Positions 27,999 to 40,781 of a stretch of DNA of 64,000 nt are shown piece by piece. How positions within the stretch are numbered: position 1 is the first letter of the stretch; each line of letters starts with the position of its first letter. Under the pieces are notes generated by a model. It was given only the letters and a program-made list of their open reading frames with translations. It had not been told where the DNA came from and did not search any database. The position numbers and the translations under genes are program-made. The DNA is from Botryllus schlosseri. Taxonomy: Eukaryota. The stretch is from NCBI GenBank assembly GCA_051294905.1, contig CM119371.1:4838001-4902000 (forward strand). Direction: 5' to 3'.

Positions 27999-30018
27999 GC
28001 GCGCGGGAATGTTTTTTATGCTTTTTATGTTGAAATGTACTGTTATCAGCGGTCTTGATGAGAGGTGCTAGTTTCATCTATATCCTACGACGCATTTTTG
28101 CGCTGCAGAATGACTTATCGCAATAAAAATAACAAAAATACTTCGATAATTTGCGAACTCTCACTGCACAAAAACGTTAGTACTCTAGGTCTATTTCTGT
28201 TTAATACTGTAGCTATCATGAAGTTGATGTACTCCAATATCATAAGGACTTGAGAGTATTTGGTACATGTAGGCAAAAAACCTACTTGGGTATACTCAAG
28301 ACGTACGAGTACTTCTATACTTAACAACTCTGGAAGTTAGCGCAGTTTGTGACATTTGTATGCAATCGAAATTTGCGTGCTTCTCACTTACCTTATGTTA
28401 ATAGTTTTTCTTTTCTATCTACTTTACAAGATTCAGTGTAGAAGTTTAGTGAAAGTGTAAGAGTTTAGCAAAAGCATTTTTTGATAATAGCACTTGTCAA
28501 GGTGATACAAACGTAACCTCAAACTACTTTAAACTAATTGTACTTGTATTCCAGCAAAATTACGAATCGTTGAGTATCGAGCGATAGCCTCTATCATACT
28601 TGCGGAAAATAGGGATTTGGTACACGAGTATCAAATTAGAGTAAATTGAGTACACTTGAGAGGTTATTAGTGATTCTGCTGGAGTTTATATGAAGGGAAG
28701 TCCTGATAAAACCTTGATTATTTCAGAAAAGAATAGAGGGCTTCTTTCGATATTTTGATAGTCTTCGTCGTAATGTCGGATGTCGTGAAATTGTATACAT
28801 GCCATCTAGTACTACGGAAAATGTCAAGGCTGGTACTCAATGGTTCTGTTAGTAATTATATGGAATGTGTGGGAATCGAATTGGAGCGTAAAGTATGCTC
28901 CTATGGTATAGAGCCCTACGAAATGAGTCCACATACCCCGTAAAATTCCACTCCAGGCGCTGCGGCTTAGTTCAAGCGAAAAAGTATTTCGTACTTTAGG
29001 TGTCAAATCATCTTTCTTGTGATAAATAAGCATAGGGAGAATTAATCAGAAAAATTTGTAGAGTACCGTAGGCATCGATACATTGAGTGAAATGGGCTTC
29101 CTTATCTTAAATTGAAACGGACAGAATAAATCGAAAGAATTTGCAGATTGGGTACGTATCGTATGTTTAGTGTCGTTGGTATTGTTAAACGTTGTCGCCG
29201 GTAGCCGTTGGTATACTATTACGAGTGTGAAAAGGATTTGCATGCCCTGTGCAGAGTATCGCATTATATTTTTCGCGTGACGAAACACGATCGCTGTTTA
29301 AATGTTAATGCATGCATTTCGATTACCGAGTTGCTATACAATAGAGATGACTCTACATTAGATCGTGCAGTGTACTTCGATTAAAACCATAACACCACAT
29401 GTAAATCTATTCGCACAACTCGATGATGTTGGTATAGTGTTACTAAAATTAATTATTACCTATTTACACAACATAAAAATACCAATTCATGTCGTAGTAA
29501 GTAAGTTTATTGAACTCGTGCTTGATGAAAACGAATGGCGACAAGTATGCTGTTGTGTTTGAGTGAAAAATAATTATTTAGAGTAGTGACAGTTTGTGAC
29601 CAACGAATGCAAATCGATCATGATATTACAATATACGCTTTCGTCAACATAACGACTTGGCGCAATAACTGGAATCTTGAAACTTGTTGCTTGTGAGATT
29701 TACAGCTGGTGCACAAAGAGGTTAGCGACCATTTTGTACGATAGTATGTTTTAGGTGTATTGTTGCGTGGATAATGATATGATGACTCAGCACTTTTCGT
29801 TAGCAAAGTAAATTGTTTTGCGCGTTAGATTTGTGGAAAGTAAGTTGAATACATACTATTTTGTGGAAGTAACTAGATTACCGCGATATCACTGGTAGGT
29901 CTCTCAAGCAGTCACCGCGGTTTCAATTTTGTAAGATGTCGCGATGTCGGTATAATGTTTTCTAAAAGTCAAACTCGGCCGGATATCATGACTGTGTAGG
30001 ACTTACGATAAACATGTA

Positions 30019-31824
30019 TTGATATTAAAGTTGACTATGTATAGGTACGTGCTACGCTACGGAAAAACAGATTTAGCCAAAAGCCTGTATAGAACTGCGT
30101 TGGTTTTGAAAGTGTTACATCATGAAATGCCTGACGAAATTTGGTATGGTGCATTGTTATTATGTCCTACAACTGGGTATCAACGTTCAAGGTGAGAATT
30201 TAAGGTTTAGCATGCTAATTCTGTTATTAAAATTGAGTATGTATGGGTATATGCTATGTTCACGAAAAACAGATACGTGTAAAAGTCGGTATTCGACTGC
30301 GATAGTTTCAAAGGTGTTCCATCATTAGATGTGTGATGAAGTCTAGCATGGTTCATTGCCATAATGTCCTACAACTACGTATCAAGTTTAGAGTTGGGAT
30401 TCAATGTTAAGCATGGTAATTCCGTTATTAAAGTTAGCTATGTATGAGTACGTGCTATACGCCCCCCGCAAAACAGATATACGCAAAAAGTCGATGTAGA
30501 GCCGCGTTAGTTTTAAAGTTGTTCCATCATGAAATGTGTGATGGGATTTGGTATGGTGCATTGTTATAGTGTCCTATAATCGCGTACCAACTTTCAAGGT
30601 GGGAATTCAATGTTTAACACGGTAATTCTGCTATTAAAATTGACTATGCATAGGTATATGCTATGTTCACGCAAAACAGATATGCTTAAAAGTCGGTATT
30701 CGACTGCGTTAGTTTTAAAGGTGATCCATCATTAGATGTGCGATGAAATTTAGCATGGTGCATTGCCACAATGTCCTACAACTACGAATAAAGTTTAGAG
30801 TTGGGATTCAATGTTAAGCATGGTAATTCCGTTATTAAAGTTGACTATGTATAGGTACGTGCTATACGCTCCCGCAAAACAGATGTTCGAAAAAAGTCGA
30901 TGTAGAGCCGCGTTAGTTTTAAAGTTGTTCCATTATGAAATGCGTGAAGAAATTTGGTATGCTGCATAATCACAATGTCCTACAACTACGTACCAAGTTT
31001 CAAGGTGAGGAGTCACATATTAGCATGGTAATTCTGTTATTAAAGCTGACTATGGATATGTACATGCTACCGAAAACAGATTTAGGCAAAAGTTGCTATA
31101 GAGCTGCGTTAGTTTTAAAGTTGTTCCATCATGAAATGTGTGATGAAATTTAGTATGCTGTATAATCACAATGACCTGGAGCTCATTTAGATACGTTTTT
31201 AATGTAGTTACACACTCTAGTTATTTTGATGTAAAGAAAAAAATCATTCGATAACTCGATACAACTAATTTGATGCGTGAGGGGAAAACATAGTTAAATT
31301 TTCGTATGCATTTAGTTTCCAACTCTGAAAGCAAGCTTAGTCTATGATCATTCGCGTACCATTAGTATTCATTTTACAAAAACCGTCGTGTAAAGGTAAA
31401 GTACTTGTACATTTCGGAGTACTCAAGTATCAGTTTTGTCAGCTTATTATATGCTCAGTATATTATACGTCACGAATTGTGGAGCATTTACGAGGGTGCT
31501 CCAGGGTGCTCTTCATTGAGTGTTCGTGGTGGGTGATAAGTTTAATTTGCGAAATTAGTGTGTTCGTATCAAGTTTAGAGTTTGGATTCAATGTTAAGCA
31601 TGGTAATTCCGTTATTAAAGTTGGGTATGTATGGGTACGTGCTATATACGCTCCCGCAAAACAGATGTACGCAAAGAGTCGTTGTAGAGTCGCGTTAGTT
31701 TTAAAGTTCCATCATGAAATGTACGAGGAAATTTGGTATTCTACATAATCACAATGTCCTACAACTACGTACCTAGTTTCAAGGTGATGAGTCACATATT
31801 AGCATGGTAATTCTGTTATATTCG
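30019..31824. repeat. Mirror copy of the ~203/407-bp array (right arm)
   Basis: Reverse complement of 24130-25935. Confidence 0.85.
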
Positions 31825-34800
31825 TAACACCGCTCATATTGCGCGCCATCTATATATTTCACAGATAACGAATTACTCCTGCTTTTATCAGAGGATACTT
31901 TTCTAGGGTTTGCCTACTAACAGTACTTAGTTTCGATTAATAAAAGTATATTGATTGAAAATAGATCACTGGATTATAGTTTACAGAAAACTCCACAATT
32001 CTATGTGACGTCCTTGCATACCAACAACCTTCGAACTGTTCGCCGCCTCATAAACACTTGAGTATGCCTACATTTGATGCGTGAGGGGAAAACATAGTTA
32101 AATTTTCGTATGCATTTAGTTTCCAACTCTGAAAGCAAGCTTAGTCTATGATCATTCGCGTACCATTAGTATTCATTTTACAAAAAACGCCGTGTAAAGG
32201 TAAAGTACTTGTGCATTTCGGAGTACTCAAGTATCAGTTTTGTCAGCTTATTATATGCTCAGTATATTATACGTCACGAATTGTGGAGCATTTATGAGGG
32301 TGCTCCAGGGTGCTCTTCATTGAGTGTTCGTGGTGGGTGATAAGTTTAATTTGCAAAGTTAGTGTGTTCAAATCAGGCCTGTCGCTAACATAGTGATGTC
32401 GCATTAGCCCTAAATACACATAATAGAATAGAATATCTACTTTACAAAATTCATACGCATTTTCTTGCTCCGTTCCGGGATAAAATGTATTTTTCGCGCT
32501 TTTTGTGTATTTTTAATAAAATTAGTATCCATTATACAAAAACGACGTGTAAAGGTAAAGTGCGAATACAAGTACAAGATGCGAGATAACAACGACTCAG
32601 AGCTCATTTAGATATCTAAGTTACTTTAAAATTAGTACTCGAGTATTTGCTACAATTATACTGCCAGCTAGTTATAGGTAGATGGTTTCGATGGTGACGT
32701 ACTTGTATAATGCACATTTTGGAGAGATTAAGTAAAGCAATGATCTCAGATAAATCCATTAAATTAAGGTAGAAGTAGCAATTTATGTAAATTCTGTTAT
32801 GCGATTTACTACGTTACTAAGCGCACCTGCTTACATTCATCCGGACGGGGACTTTCTACTATATTCGCTACTAGCATTATATAGCAGCATCCATCGCAGC
32901 TTACATTATTACTTTATAAGACACCGTATGCGTTTTAGTGTCGAACTTTTGCGTAAATCCGTTTTATTTCACCTCGCACCTATACAATGTACGTAGTCGA
33001 TTCGAATAATTCGATGTAAAATCGTGGTATTTGCGCAACATCGAAATTTGTACACTACACGCTTATCTTATGTCTGTGGTATTTGCGCAACATCGAAATT
33101 TGTACACTACACGCTGCGACACATTTTTCCACAAGTCGAATGCATGTCGGTTCATACTAAGACCATGTTACGGTCAAATATGTGTGTTTTTCTGTCTCCA
33201 AGTCAGCTACCCCTACATTGAATGCACAGAGTCGGTGCATGTATGAGACTTCAGAACATGATAAGTTAGTTAACAATATTTCGAGTCATGGGTATGAATA
33301 ATTTTTAGAAAACCTAAATATGCCGCATCCAAACTTCGTAAATTTTTTCGATTAGTTTTTTTCGTTTCTATCTATTTTAAAAGACTCAGTGTGGAAGTTT
33401 CGAAACTTGCATGAATTGCAAGCTACATAATACAACTAGTTAACACGCGCTGATGTAACTTTCCACATTTGTATGCATAGCCTACGCGAATTCACTGGAT
33501 TGAACTTTACTGAATACTCCGCAATGTAAAATTAGTATACACCATACAAAATCCGGATTGTTTAAGTCTTTAGTGTAGCGGAATAGTGTAGTTTTCTAAC
33601 TACTTTACAAATTCATACGGTTTTTCTTGGTGCGTTCCAGGATAAATGCAATTTTTCACGCTTTTTTATTTTTATTTTTTCATTAAAATTGGAGCTACTG
33701 TATATTATTTATCGCCTATATTTAAATTCGGTGTGCTAATGCGTTGAGGTTGAAGCTAAAACATCCTATTTCATGCGGCCAAGAAGTCTAGCACCGCGTA
33801 GCCGAATTTAGCATACCGAAAAATATCTACTTTACAAAATGTTCATTTCTTTATGTCCATTAGAGTCGCACCATCTATTTATTTCACGGATAACAAATTA
33901 TTCCTGCTTTTATCAGAGGATATACTTTCCTAGGGTTTGCCTACTAACAGTACTTAGTTTAGATTAATGAAAAATATAGTGATTGAAAATAGATCACTGG
34001 ATTATAGTTTACAGAAAACTCCACAATTCTATGTGACGTCCTTGCATGCCAACAACCGTCGAACTATTCGCCACCTCATAAACACTTGAGTAGGCCTACA
34101 TTTGATGCGTGTGGGGAACACCTAGGTAAATTTTCATATGCGTTTAGTTTCCAGCTCTGAAAGCAAGCTTGGTCTATGATCAATAGCAACTATTTCAACA
34201 AATATTACATACCTATTGATAGATAGCTAAGGCACCATGTCGATCCAAAATTATACCTTTTGCCGTCCATACTTTTATAACCCTTGAAGGGGTAAAATTT
34301 GCATTACACTAACTTGCAATTGTGAAGCGGCGTTTCACTGTTGGTTTAATCACCCTTATTCTAGTGACATGAAAAGGACTGAATCGTATGAATTGTGGTC
34401 ACTACAAGAATCGAGCGAAAGCGCTGTTTCACGCCGTCTTGCATCGGTCACGATTAGTTTTACTTTTCAACTAACTTGTTGTCTGTCGTTATATTCATTA
34501 GACTCGCTTTCATGCGGCTAATTTGTCCCTATCATTATAACGTCGGTGATCGCGTACCTGCGGCGAAGGTGTTCGTTTAATTATAGCAACGAGAACCGAC
34601 TCCCTGCGGCTATTCCGTTGGCATTTTAGTGCCGAGTTAAATACCCTTATACTCGACATGCAAACATTATACAGGTAGCGGTTATACTGCGAGCTGATGA
34701 ATTCGTCATCTATTCGCCTAGCGTAGTTGTTCATAATCCCGACCTTCCGCTCGTATCGTATATACTACAAGCCAGTGATCGCTACATCAAACAAAACGAT

Positions 34801-35530
34801 CAGATCGAACGCAAGAACTCGGATCGCAGTGTCGGACGGCAGCAAAGCGGTGTACCTCGAAACATCAACCGATCTGGAGGATTTCAGCTAATGAATCGAC
34901 GCAATAACGATCAACGATATCATTGATATGCTCTTTTTTCGAAATAAAATGAACTCGTACACTATACAATGCTATTTCAAGGAGACTAAGTAAAGTGCCA
35001 ATGTAAGTTTTGACGCGGTAATCATAAGTCGTAAAATTGTCGGAGGAAAGTTTCGAGAGTGTAGCGGCGAGAGATGCTCATAAATACACACGGCGATAGT
35101 CTACCGTTGTCGCATTAGTCCTAAATACACATAATAGAATATCAAGGAAAAGTATCATCTAACGTATAATGAATGTTATTTATCTCTCGGAAGCATGGAC
35201 CGGGCACAGTCCAACGTTAATTATATTATGAGAGTGTTTACATTCTAAATAGCCTGAGGGGCGGTAACAAACGCATCCCATCCTACTACTCATATATCAA
35301 GAAACCAGAACACACCAAAGAATGAGTAATCAATCGAAACAGAGACGGGGCGATAAGAGAGTTAAGTAGCTAAATTAATATGTAACAACACTGTGCTATA
35401 ATAGTAATTGCGTTAATAATGAAAGATGTCGCGGGCCGCAAAATATACGTCTGCGGGCCGCGGGTTGAGAACCCCTGATATAAACTGACTATATTCGAAT
35501 TCAACTTCAAAACAAAAGGTTTGGTTAAGG

Positions 35531-36203
35531 CAGTGGTTCCCAACCTTTTTCGTCTCGTGCCCCCTCCCCCTTGGCAGATATTTGAGCTAAAATCCCCCCG
35601 CCCTCCCTATGAAAAAGTTGCCCGTGACTAAAAAATGTGCTTTTTAACGCGCAACCATTTGTTGACTGAGTAATGAATGGCCAAACATATTCAGATATGC
35701 CCGAACTATGGCGAATGCGCACCAAACTTTGGTGAAGTACATTCAAATTTGACCTGTTTTTGACCGGTCAGGTAGCTGCTGACGAATAATACATCATCAA
35801 GTCCGCTTGCTATGGACTTGAGTTGAATCAATGAATTTGGTACGGTATGTTTTTCATGTTAGCTTATATGTTGGCTTAAGAAGTTAAACAATTTAAGTAG
35901 CGACCTTAAGCTGAATTCGGCTTGACGTTTTCCTGCTTAGTAGCAATTTGGTCGAGAGGCTGTCGCAGAGCTAACAAAATCGTCTCGTGAGCCTCAGTTT
36001 ATCAGGGGGTGTAATCCGCCAAAGAAACATACAGATGTAAAGAACTAATATCCACTTAACAGTTCCATACCATTAATATCTAAAAACCTTGTGAACCGAG
36101 TGTATCTTCCAATACAATGGCAAAGCCAGATTTCCAAAAAAAAAATTTAAGACAGATTCCCCCCGAAAAATTTCAAAATCCACCCCCCGGTTGGGAACCA
36201 CTG
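35531..36203. mobile_element. hAT-type MITE
   Basis: CAGTGGTTCCCAACC...GGTTGGGAACCACTG, perfect 8-bp TSD GGTTAAGG. Confidence 0.9.
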
Positions 36204-36941
36204 GGTTAAGGTAAGAACAGAGAACAGAAATAGAATTTTGCTATCAAATTACTTTACTGAACTAGTTTACTACAACGTAAGCTGTAAGCTTCGATCACTT
36301 CGTTTGATGTCAATTTATTTGTGATAGGCAATGGAGGCTCAGTAACACGCACTATCGCTGAATGATTGGTCGCTCTCACGGATTACACCATCTTTTCGCG
36401 AACAATCCGACCATTTGCAAGATACAGTGATTTTTATCGACACCGATTACTTGATGACTTGAAATTGACTCGTGAATTTCGCTCCGAGTCACGAGTCAAT
36501 CCACATTTCTGATACGCCGAGTCAAGTCAAGTCAAGTCATTTTAGAAAAGTGACTCGAGTCAAGTCAAGTCATACGAAAAAGGTGACTCGAGTCATCCTA
36601 ACACTGTAATTACCAAAGCGAGGATCGTTATCAAGAAATCGCGCGCGCAGATCGTATTACAGCACGGCGGAGATGCCTCAATTTTGCGTTTAAATATGAA
36701 CAGCGAAAATGCGTAAATGATTTAGCCTGTTGCCTTTTGTAGCCTGTTGCCGGTTATTGCACATGATCTGGATTAAATTTATTTCAAATCAATGTAATTT
36801 CTACTGTCTGCTAAGATGGTGTAGTATTTTGATGAGTGGAGATAGTTAAGACAAAATAACGCTCGAGCTTGTGCGATTGTATCTCTTGAATAACAGCGGC
36901 CCGGCGCAGGCCCAGTCTGCAACCAAAAAGCATTCCCACAT

Positions 36942-37890
36942 CAGTGTTGGGATCAAGTCACTACCTTCGAGTCACGAGTCATTTCGAGTCATTGCACATT
37001 TTGACTCGAGTCAAGTCAAGTCAATCTATTTTCGAAGGTGACTCGAGTCAAGTCACTCGATTTTTGGAGGTGACTCGAGTCAAGTCGAGTCAAGTCAAGT
37101 CAAGTCACGAGTCAAGTCACAATTCAAGTCAAATTGAATTTTCGAAGTGAGAGTGATGATGCAAAGTCACAACATTTTGCCAGTTGTGTGAAAAATAGAT
37201 TAATTAGCCATTTATCTTGAATCAAATACCGATTATAAAGTTAAATATACATGCAAAATTGCATTGTATCAAACACGCATACCTAGAACTACTAATAAAA
37301 TACGTGAGTAACTGTATAGGTACATGCTACAGTCTGTTATTTATGTTATTATCAGAGATTCGAATACAAAGCCTCGAGAAGTTCAAACAAATTGATATGG
37401 TACAATACACTACCCAACTATACATCCGGGAATATAAATGCATGAACTATATTCTTTCTATTTAAATAATACAAGATGGTTTATGAAGGTGAGCACTGCG
37501 CAATGTAAGCACTGAATCGTCTAAGAAACAGAGATACGTTGCTATTGATCTGTTTACTACTACGTAAGCTGTGATCATTTCGTTTGCGGCCAATATATTT
37601 GTGATGTAACAAGGGAGTACCAGTGAAACGTACAATAAGTGAATGACTGGTTGCTCTCGCAAGTGTCACCGGCGTATCGCTAATAATCCGAATACACACA
37701 TGATGCAGGGATTTGGTCGACAACGTTTACTTATTAATGACTTGAAATTGACTCGTAAATTTCGCTCCCAAGTCACGAGTCAAACCACATTTCTGAAGCT
37801 CCGAGTCGGGTCAAGTCAAGTCATTTTTGCAAAGTGACTCGAATCAAGTCAAGTCATACGAAAAAGTGGACTCGAGTCATCCCAACACTG
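36942..37890. mobile_element. hAT-type MITE with GACTCGAGTC subterminal repeats
   Basis: CAGTGTTGGGAT...ATCCCAACACTG, perfect 8-bp TSD TCCCACAT. Partial copy at ~36280-36606; related arrays at ~7730-7910, ~58500-58722 and ~61742-62170. Confidence 0.9.
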
Positions 37891-38062
37891 TCCCACATGC
37901 GTTTGCGTTGCAAACTTGACAATCGCAAATTGTCCAGGCCAAGGCTATAACTTCTCATCATTACAAAGTTACATCGAACATTGATAGCACTATCACGCGC
38001 CTTGAGTTACGGAGTGGCCTAATTTTCCTAGCCTCCGATTTTCTACTACTGGCCATATAGCC

Positions 38063-38477
38063 TAGGCTTACCAAACGTCCTCTTTTAAGAGGATTTGTCC
38101 TCTTTTTTGCCTTTTTTGAAAGTGTCTTCGGAGGACGCCCTTTTGTACTCTTTTTTGAGATTTTGTCCTCTTTCTTGAAAATTTAGGTGAGATTTAGAGC
38201 AAATTGCGAGTGATATGCCGCAAATTAGCACAGAAGTGCCGCTCTGGCGGGTATTTCGGAGTGAAAAGCGGTGAATTTTGCTCTGAGCGAAAAGATGACC
38301 TTTTTTTTAGTCATCAGCCTGGCAATGTGGAGAGAAAAACGGTATTTTGAGTTCTGAGCAGAAGTGATGACCTTTTTTTTAGTCAACCGATCACAAAGTG
38401 GGAAAAATTCACCGTTGCAAGTTGCAAATTTCTGAAAAAGTGTCCTCTTTTTGGATTTCCAAAATATGGTAAGCCTA
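38063..38477. mobile_element. hAT (Blackjack-like) MITE
   Basis: TAGGCTTACCA...TGGTAAGCCTA, perfect 8-bp TSD ATATAGCC. Confidence 0.9.
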
Positions 38478-38784
38478 ATATAGCCAAGGTTGTTAAAACA
38501 GGACAATCAGCAGATGGGTCAGAGGCCCGAGACACACAAAGACTGGAAATCTATTCAACAACCGAATTAAATCAACGCAAATTGGATCAATACACAGTAC
38601 AATCTGTTTTGGTGCTATCTCTAACAATACAAGACTAGGTCGGCTGCAATGTAATGTGATACGCTAATTACTCCCGCTGTTACAGACGAGAGAGGAATAG
38701 GATGAAAAAGGGTATGGTCGCATTTATTGTTCTGTGAATCGCTGATTAGGCATCTAATCACGAATGAGAATTAAGTGATTATAC

Positions 38785-39955
38785 CAGGGGTTCTCAACTT
38801 GCCTCGTATAACTGTCCGCATTTTAACAGCCAAAGACCCTGCGGGCCGCAGAACACTATCACCATGTATTTGTAAACGACTATTAAATTAAGAATACTAT
38901 GTAGCTTATTGACCAGTGATATAGGGGCATAGTACATTTTTATGCATTCTAAAGCAATAATGGACAGCGTTCGTAAGTTTGAAGTTGCTGTTTTTTGGAG
39001 AATATATATCTTCCAGTGGCGCAAGTACATCTCTTCACAGAACATGGCCTACATTGCATTCGTTGCCAAGTCGGCATATGCATCTTTACACCCTTCCACC
39101 CGAGAACCGAACTCTCTGTTTCAATACGTGAGCGAACAAGTATAAAATTACTTTTCGTTACAATGACCGTTATCACCTTGAGCTCACAGTGATATGAGAA
39201 GAATTCTGGCGTTCGGGGTAATTTCTGAGTAAACCAATCAACGCTGCTCTTTCATTCCATGGCTGGAGCCCTACACCATTAGTTAGAGAAGTCAGCTTTT
39301 TCAAGTTTATGTTTTTCACTGGTCCTCTCCCCCTACCCACGTTTGCCCCGTCAGCATTTCCTCTGAAAATATGTCCAACCTGATGAAACGCGCCTATATT
39401 AGCTATGTAATCTGTGTGCACTTTGCAGTCGGTGGATTCGTCCAATGTCAGGCTAAAAGTCTACGTTGCAACGTGTTTCAGAGCATATGCGATTCGACTG
39501 ACATCGCTGTTACTCTTCTGGTCACGGCTGAATCAGACAATTGTAGCTTCGAAATATGTCAGCTGATGTTGAACCTGATACTAAGTTCCGGAAACAGCGA
39601 ATATTCGCACAGTAGGCCTACGTTAAAGTTTTATTGAAGTCACGCCTTCACTCGCAGATTCTTGGGCTTACCGATATTTCAAGCAATATTGAGCAATGTG
39701 GCTGTAACGTCGTCGGCAATTTTAACAATTCCTCGAAATATGGATTCATGGGCTTGAAATCTAGCTAGGAACGTTTTCTCTAACATCAGGCGATATGTAG
39801 GCCTATAACTCCAGAAGAAACTATTTGGTGTTATCATTTTAAGCTTCTACATTTCGTTACGACAACTGTTCTTCGACGAATGTGACACGGGTGACAATAC
39901 TTTGCCAGTAGTAATTGCGTTCATATTGAAAGATGTCGCGGGTTGAGAACCCCTG
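38785..39955 (-). mobile_element. Internally deleted hAT (SPIN/GTF2IRD2-like) transposon with transposase remnant
   Basis: TIRs CAGGGGTTCTCAAC/GTTGAGAACCCCTG; alignable to 19640-20430; minus-strand LKKLTSLT..AALIGLLRNYPE. Confidence 0.8.
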
Positions 39956-40749
39956 GACTGGATTATGCTAAGATAATAACAGAGAGCTAGATTTTGGTTT
40001 CAAGAGGAGGGGTAGTTTGAGCTTGGGAACGAGGGATATTGGACACCGATTATCACCCGCTGTCTTCGCCCAACTCAGTTATAATCGCTACCCTAAGAAC
40101 ATTTTTTTTTACCAAGTATAGTTCGTGTTTGAGTAAACATCTGCTGATTGAAGAACTTGCAAACCTCAGCACAGGATTCCAGGTTATGTTGCCAGTAAGG
40201 CTAACCTAATATATATCGGTCAGTCACTTTGTTACTACAGAAATGCCGCCAAGTCTCTCTACTGTTGCAGTACATATATCAGTGCGAGGTCTGAATGAAT
40301 AATGCATGGAGAATGCAAGATTCTGGAATCGGGATCACTTGAATTGTATAGAAGACACCTGACTAGTGACTTGTACGAAGTATCAATTTAGCTGGTCGAC
40401 AGTCAGTTGATTATTACCAGTTCATTGAGTAGTTTTCGTTCTAATTGAGTGTTTTGAAAATAGAGTAGTTGGTACAATTCTGGAAAAACTCTTTTCGCGA
40501 CACAAAATATATACTACATACTAAGAGGAGTCTGACTATAGTACTGACTGACCACTTCCCTCGCACCAATGTCTTTGCCAATGTCTAAAGCTGAGCAATC
40601 ACTCAAAATATGAACTTTGATCATGCAGGATAGATGCATGATACAGGGCTAATGGCTTTCAGACAATACAAATCAATGCAAAAGGTCACTTGGCCAAGAG
40701 AAAATGCATATTCAAATCATTTCAATACAGTCGAAAACTTGGATTTTGT

Positions 40750-40781
40750 CAGGGATATCTAGAAGTTTCTAGATATCCCTG
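40750..40781. mobile_element. 32-bp perfect hairpin micro-insertion with 8-bp TSD
   Basis: CAGGGATATCTAGAA-GT-TTCTAGATATCCCTG flanked by GATTTTGT on both sides (40742-40749, 40782-40789). Confidence 0.8.

Larger units (their letters stand above)
20664..35290. mobile_element. 14.6-kb palindromic element with Polinton/Maverick-type ends (non-autonomous, all-TIR)
   Basis: Arms 20664-27955 and 27999-35290 mirror each other (position sum 55954 at every point checked, no indel seen, 5 substitutions noticed). Termini AGTAGTAGG/CCTACTACT; perfect 6-bp TSD CATATA (20658-20663, 35291-35296); longest ORF in the track is 134 aa and repeat-derived. Confidence 0.88.
19512..35477 (-). mobile_element. Decayed hAT (SPIN/GTF2IRD2-like) transposon interrupted by the giant palindrome
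   Basis: Minus strand 19630-20000 gives LTSVT..GEGLIGSLRNDPE and CAHALKQREFGSLVEVFEGAYIDL, resembling the GTF2IRD2/SPIN 'RALNHRQF..L.E....YGDL' region. Its right end (..GATGTCGCGGG..GGTTGAGAACCCCTG) resumes after the palindrome at ~35400-35477, matching the end of the sister copy 38785-39955. Left end approximate. Confidence 0.75.

Noticed and set aside
28725..28852. RIEGFFRYFDSLRR as a Polinton/adenoviral cysteine protease 'YFDS' motif
   Set aside because: No upstream HW or downstream Q..CG..C motif in frame; too short to support.
34512..34580. MRLICPYHYNVGDRVP as the Polinton integrase C-terminal 'F.VGD.VR' motif
   Set aside because: Frame stops after a few codons and the following KGY..NW motif is absent.
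20664..35290. Giant palindrome as a sequencing/assembly fold-back artefact
   Set aside because: Disfavoured, not excluded: perfect 6-bp TSD, AGTAGT termini, host hAT sequence resuming on the far side, and several arm substitutions are not expected from a chimeric read.
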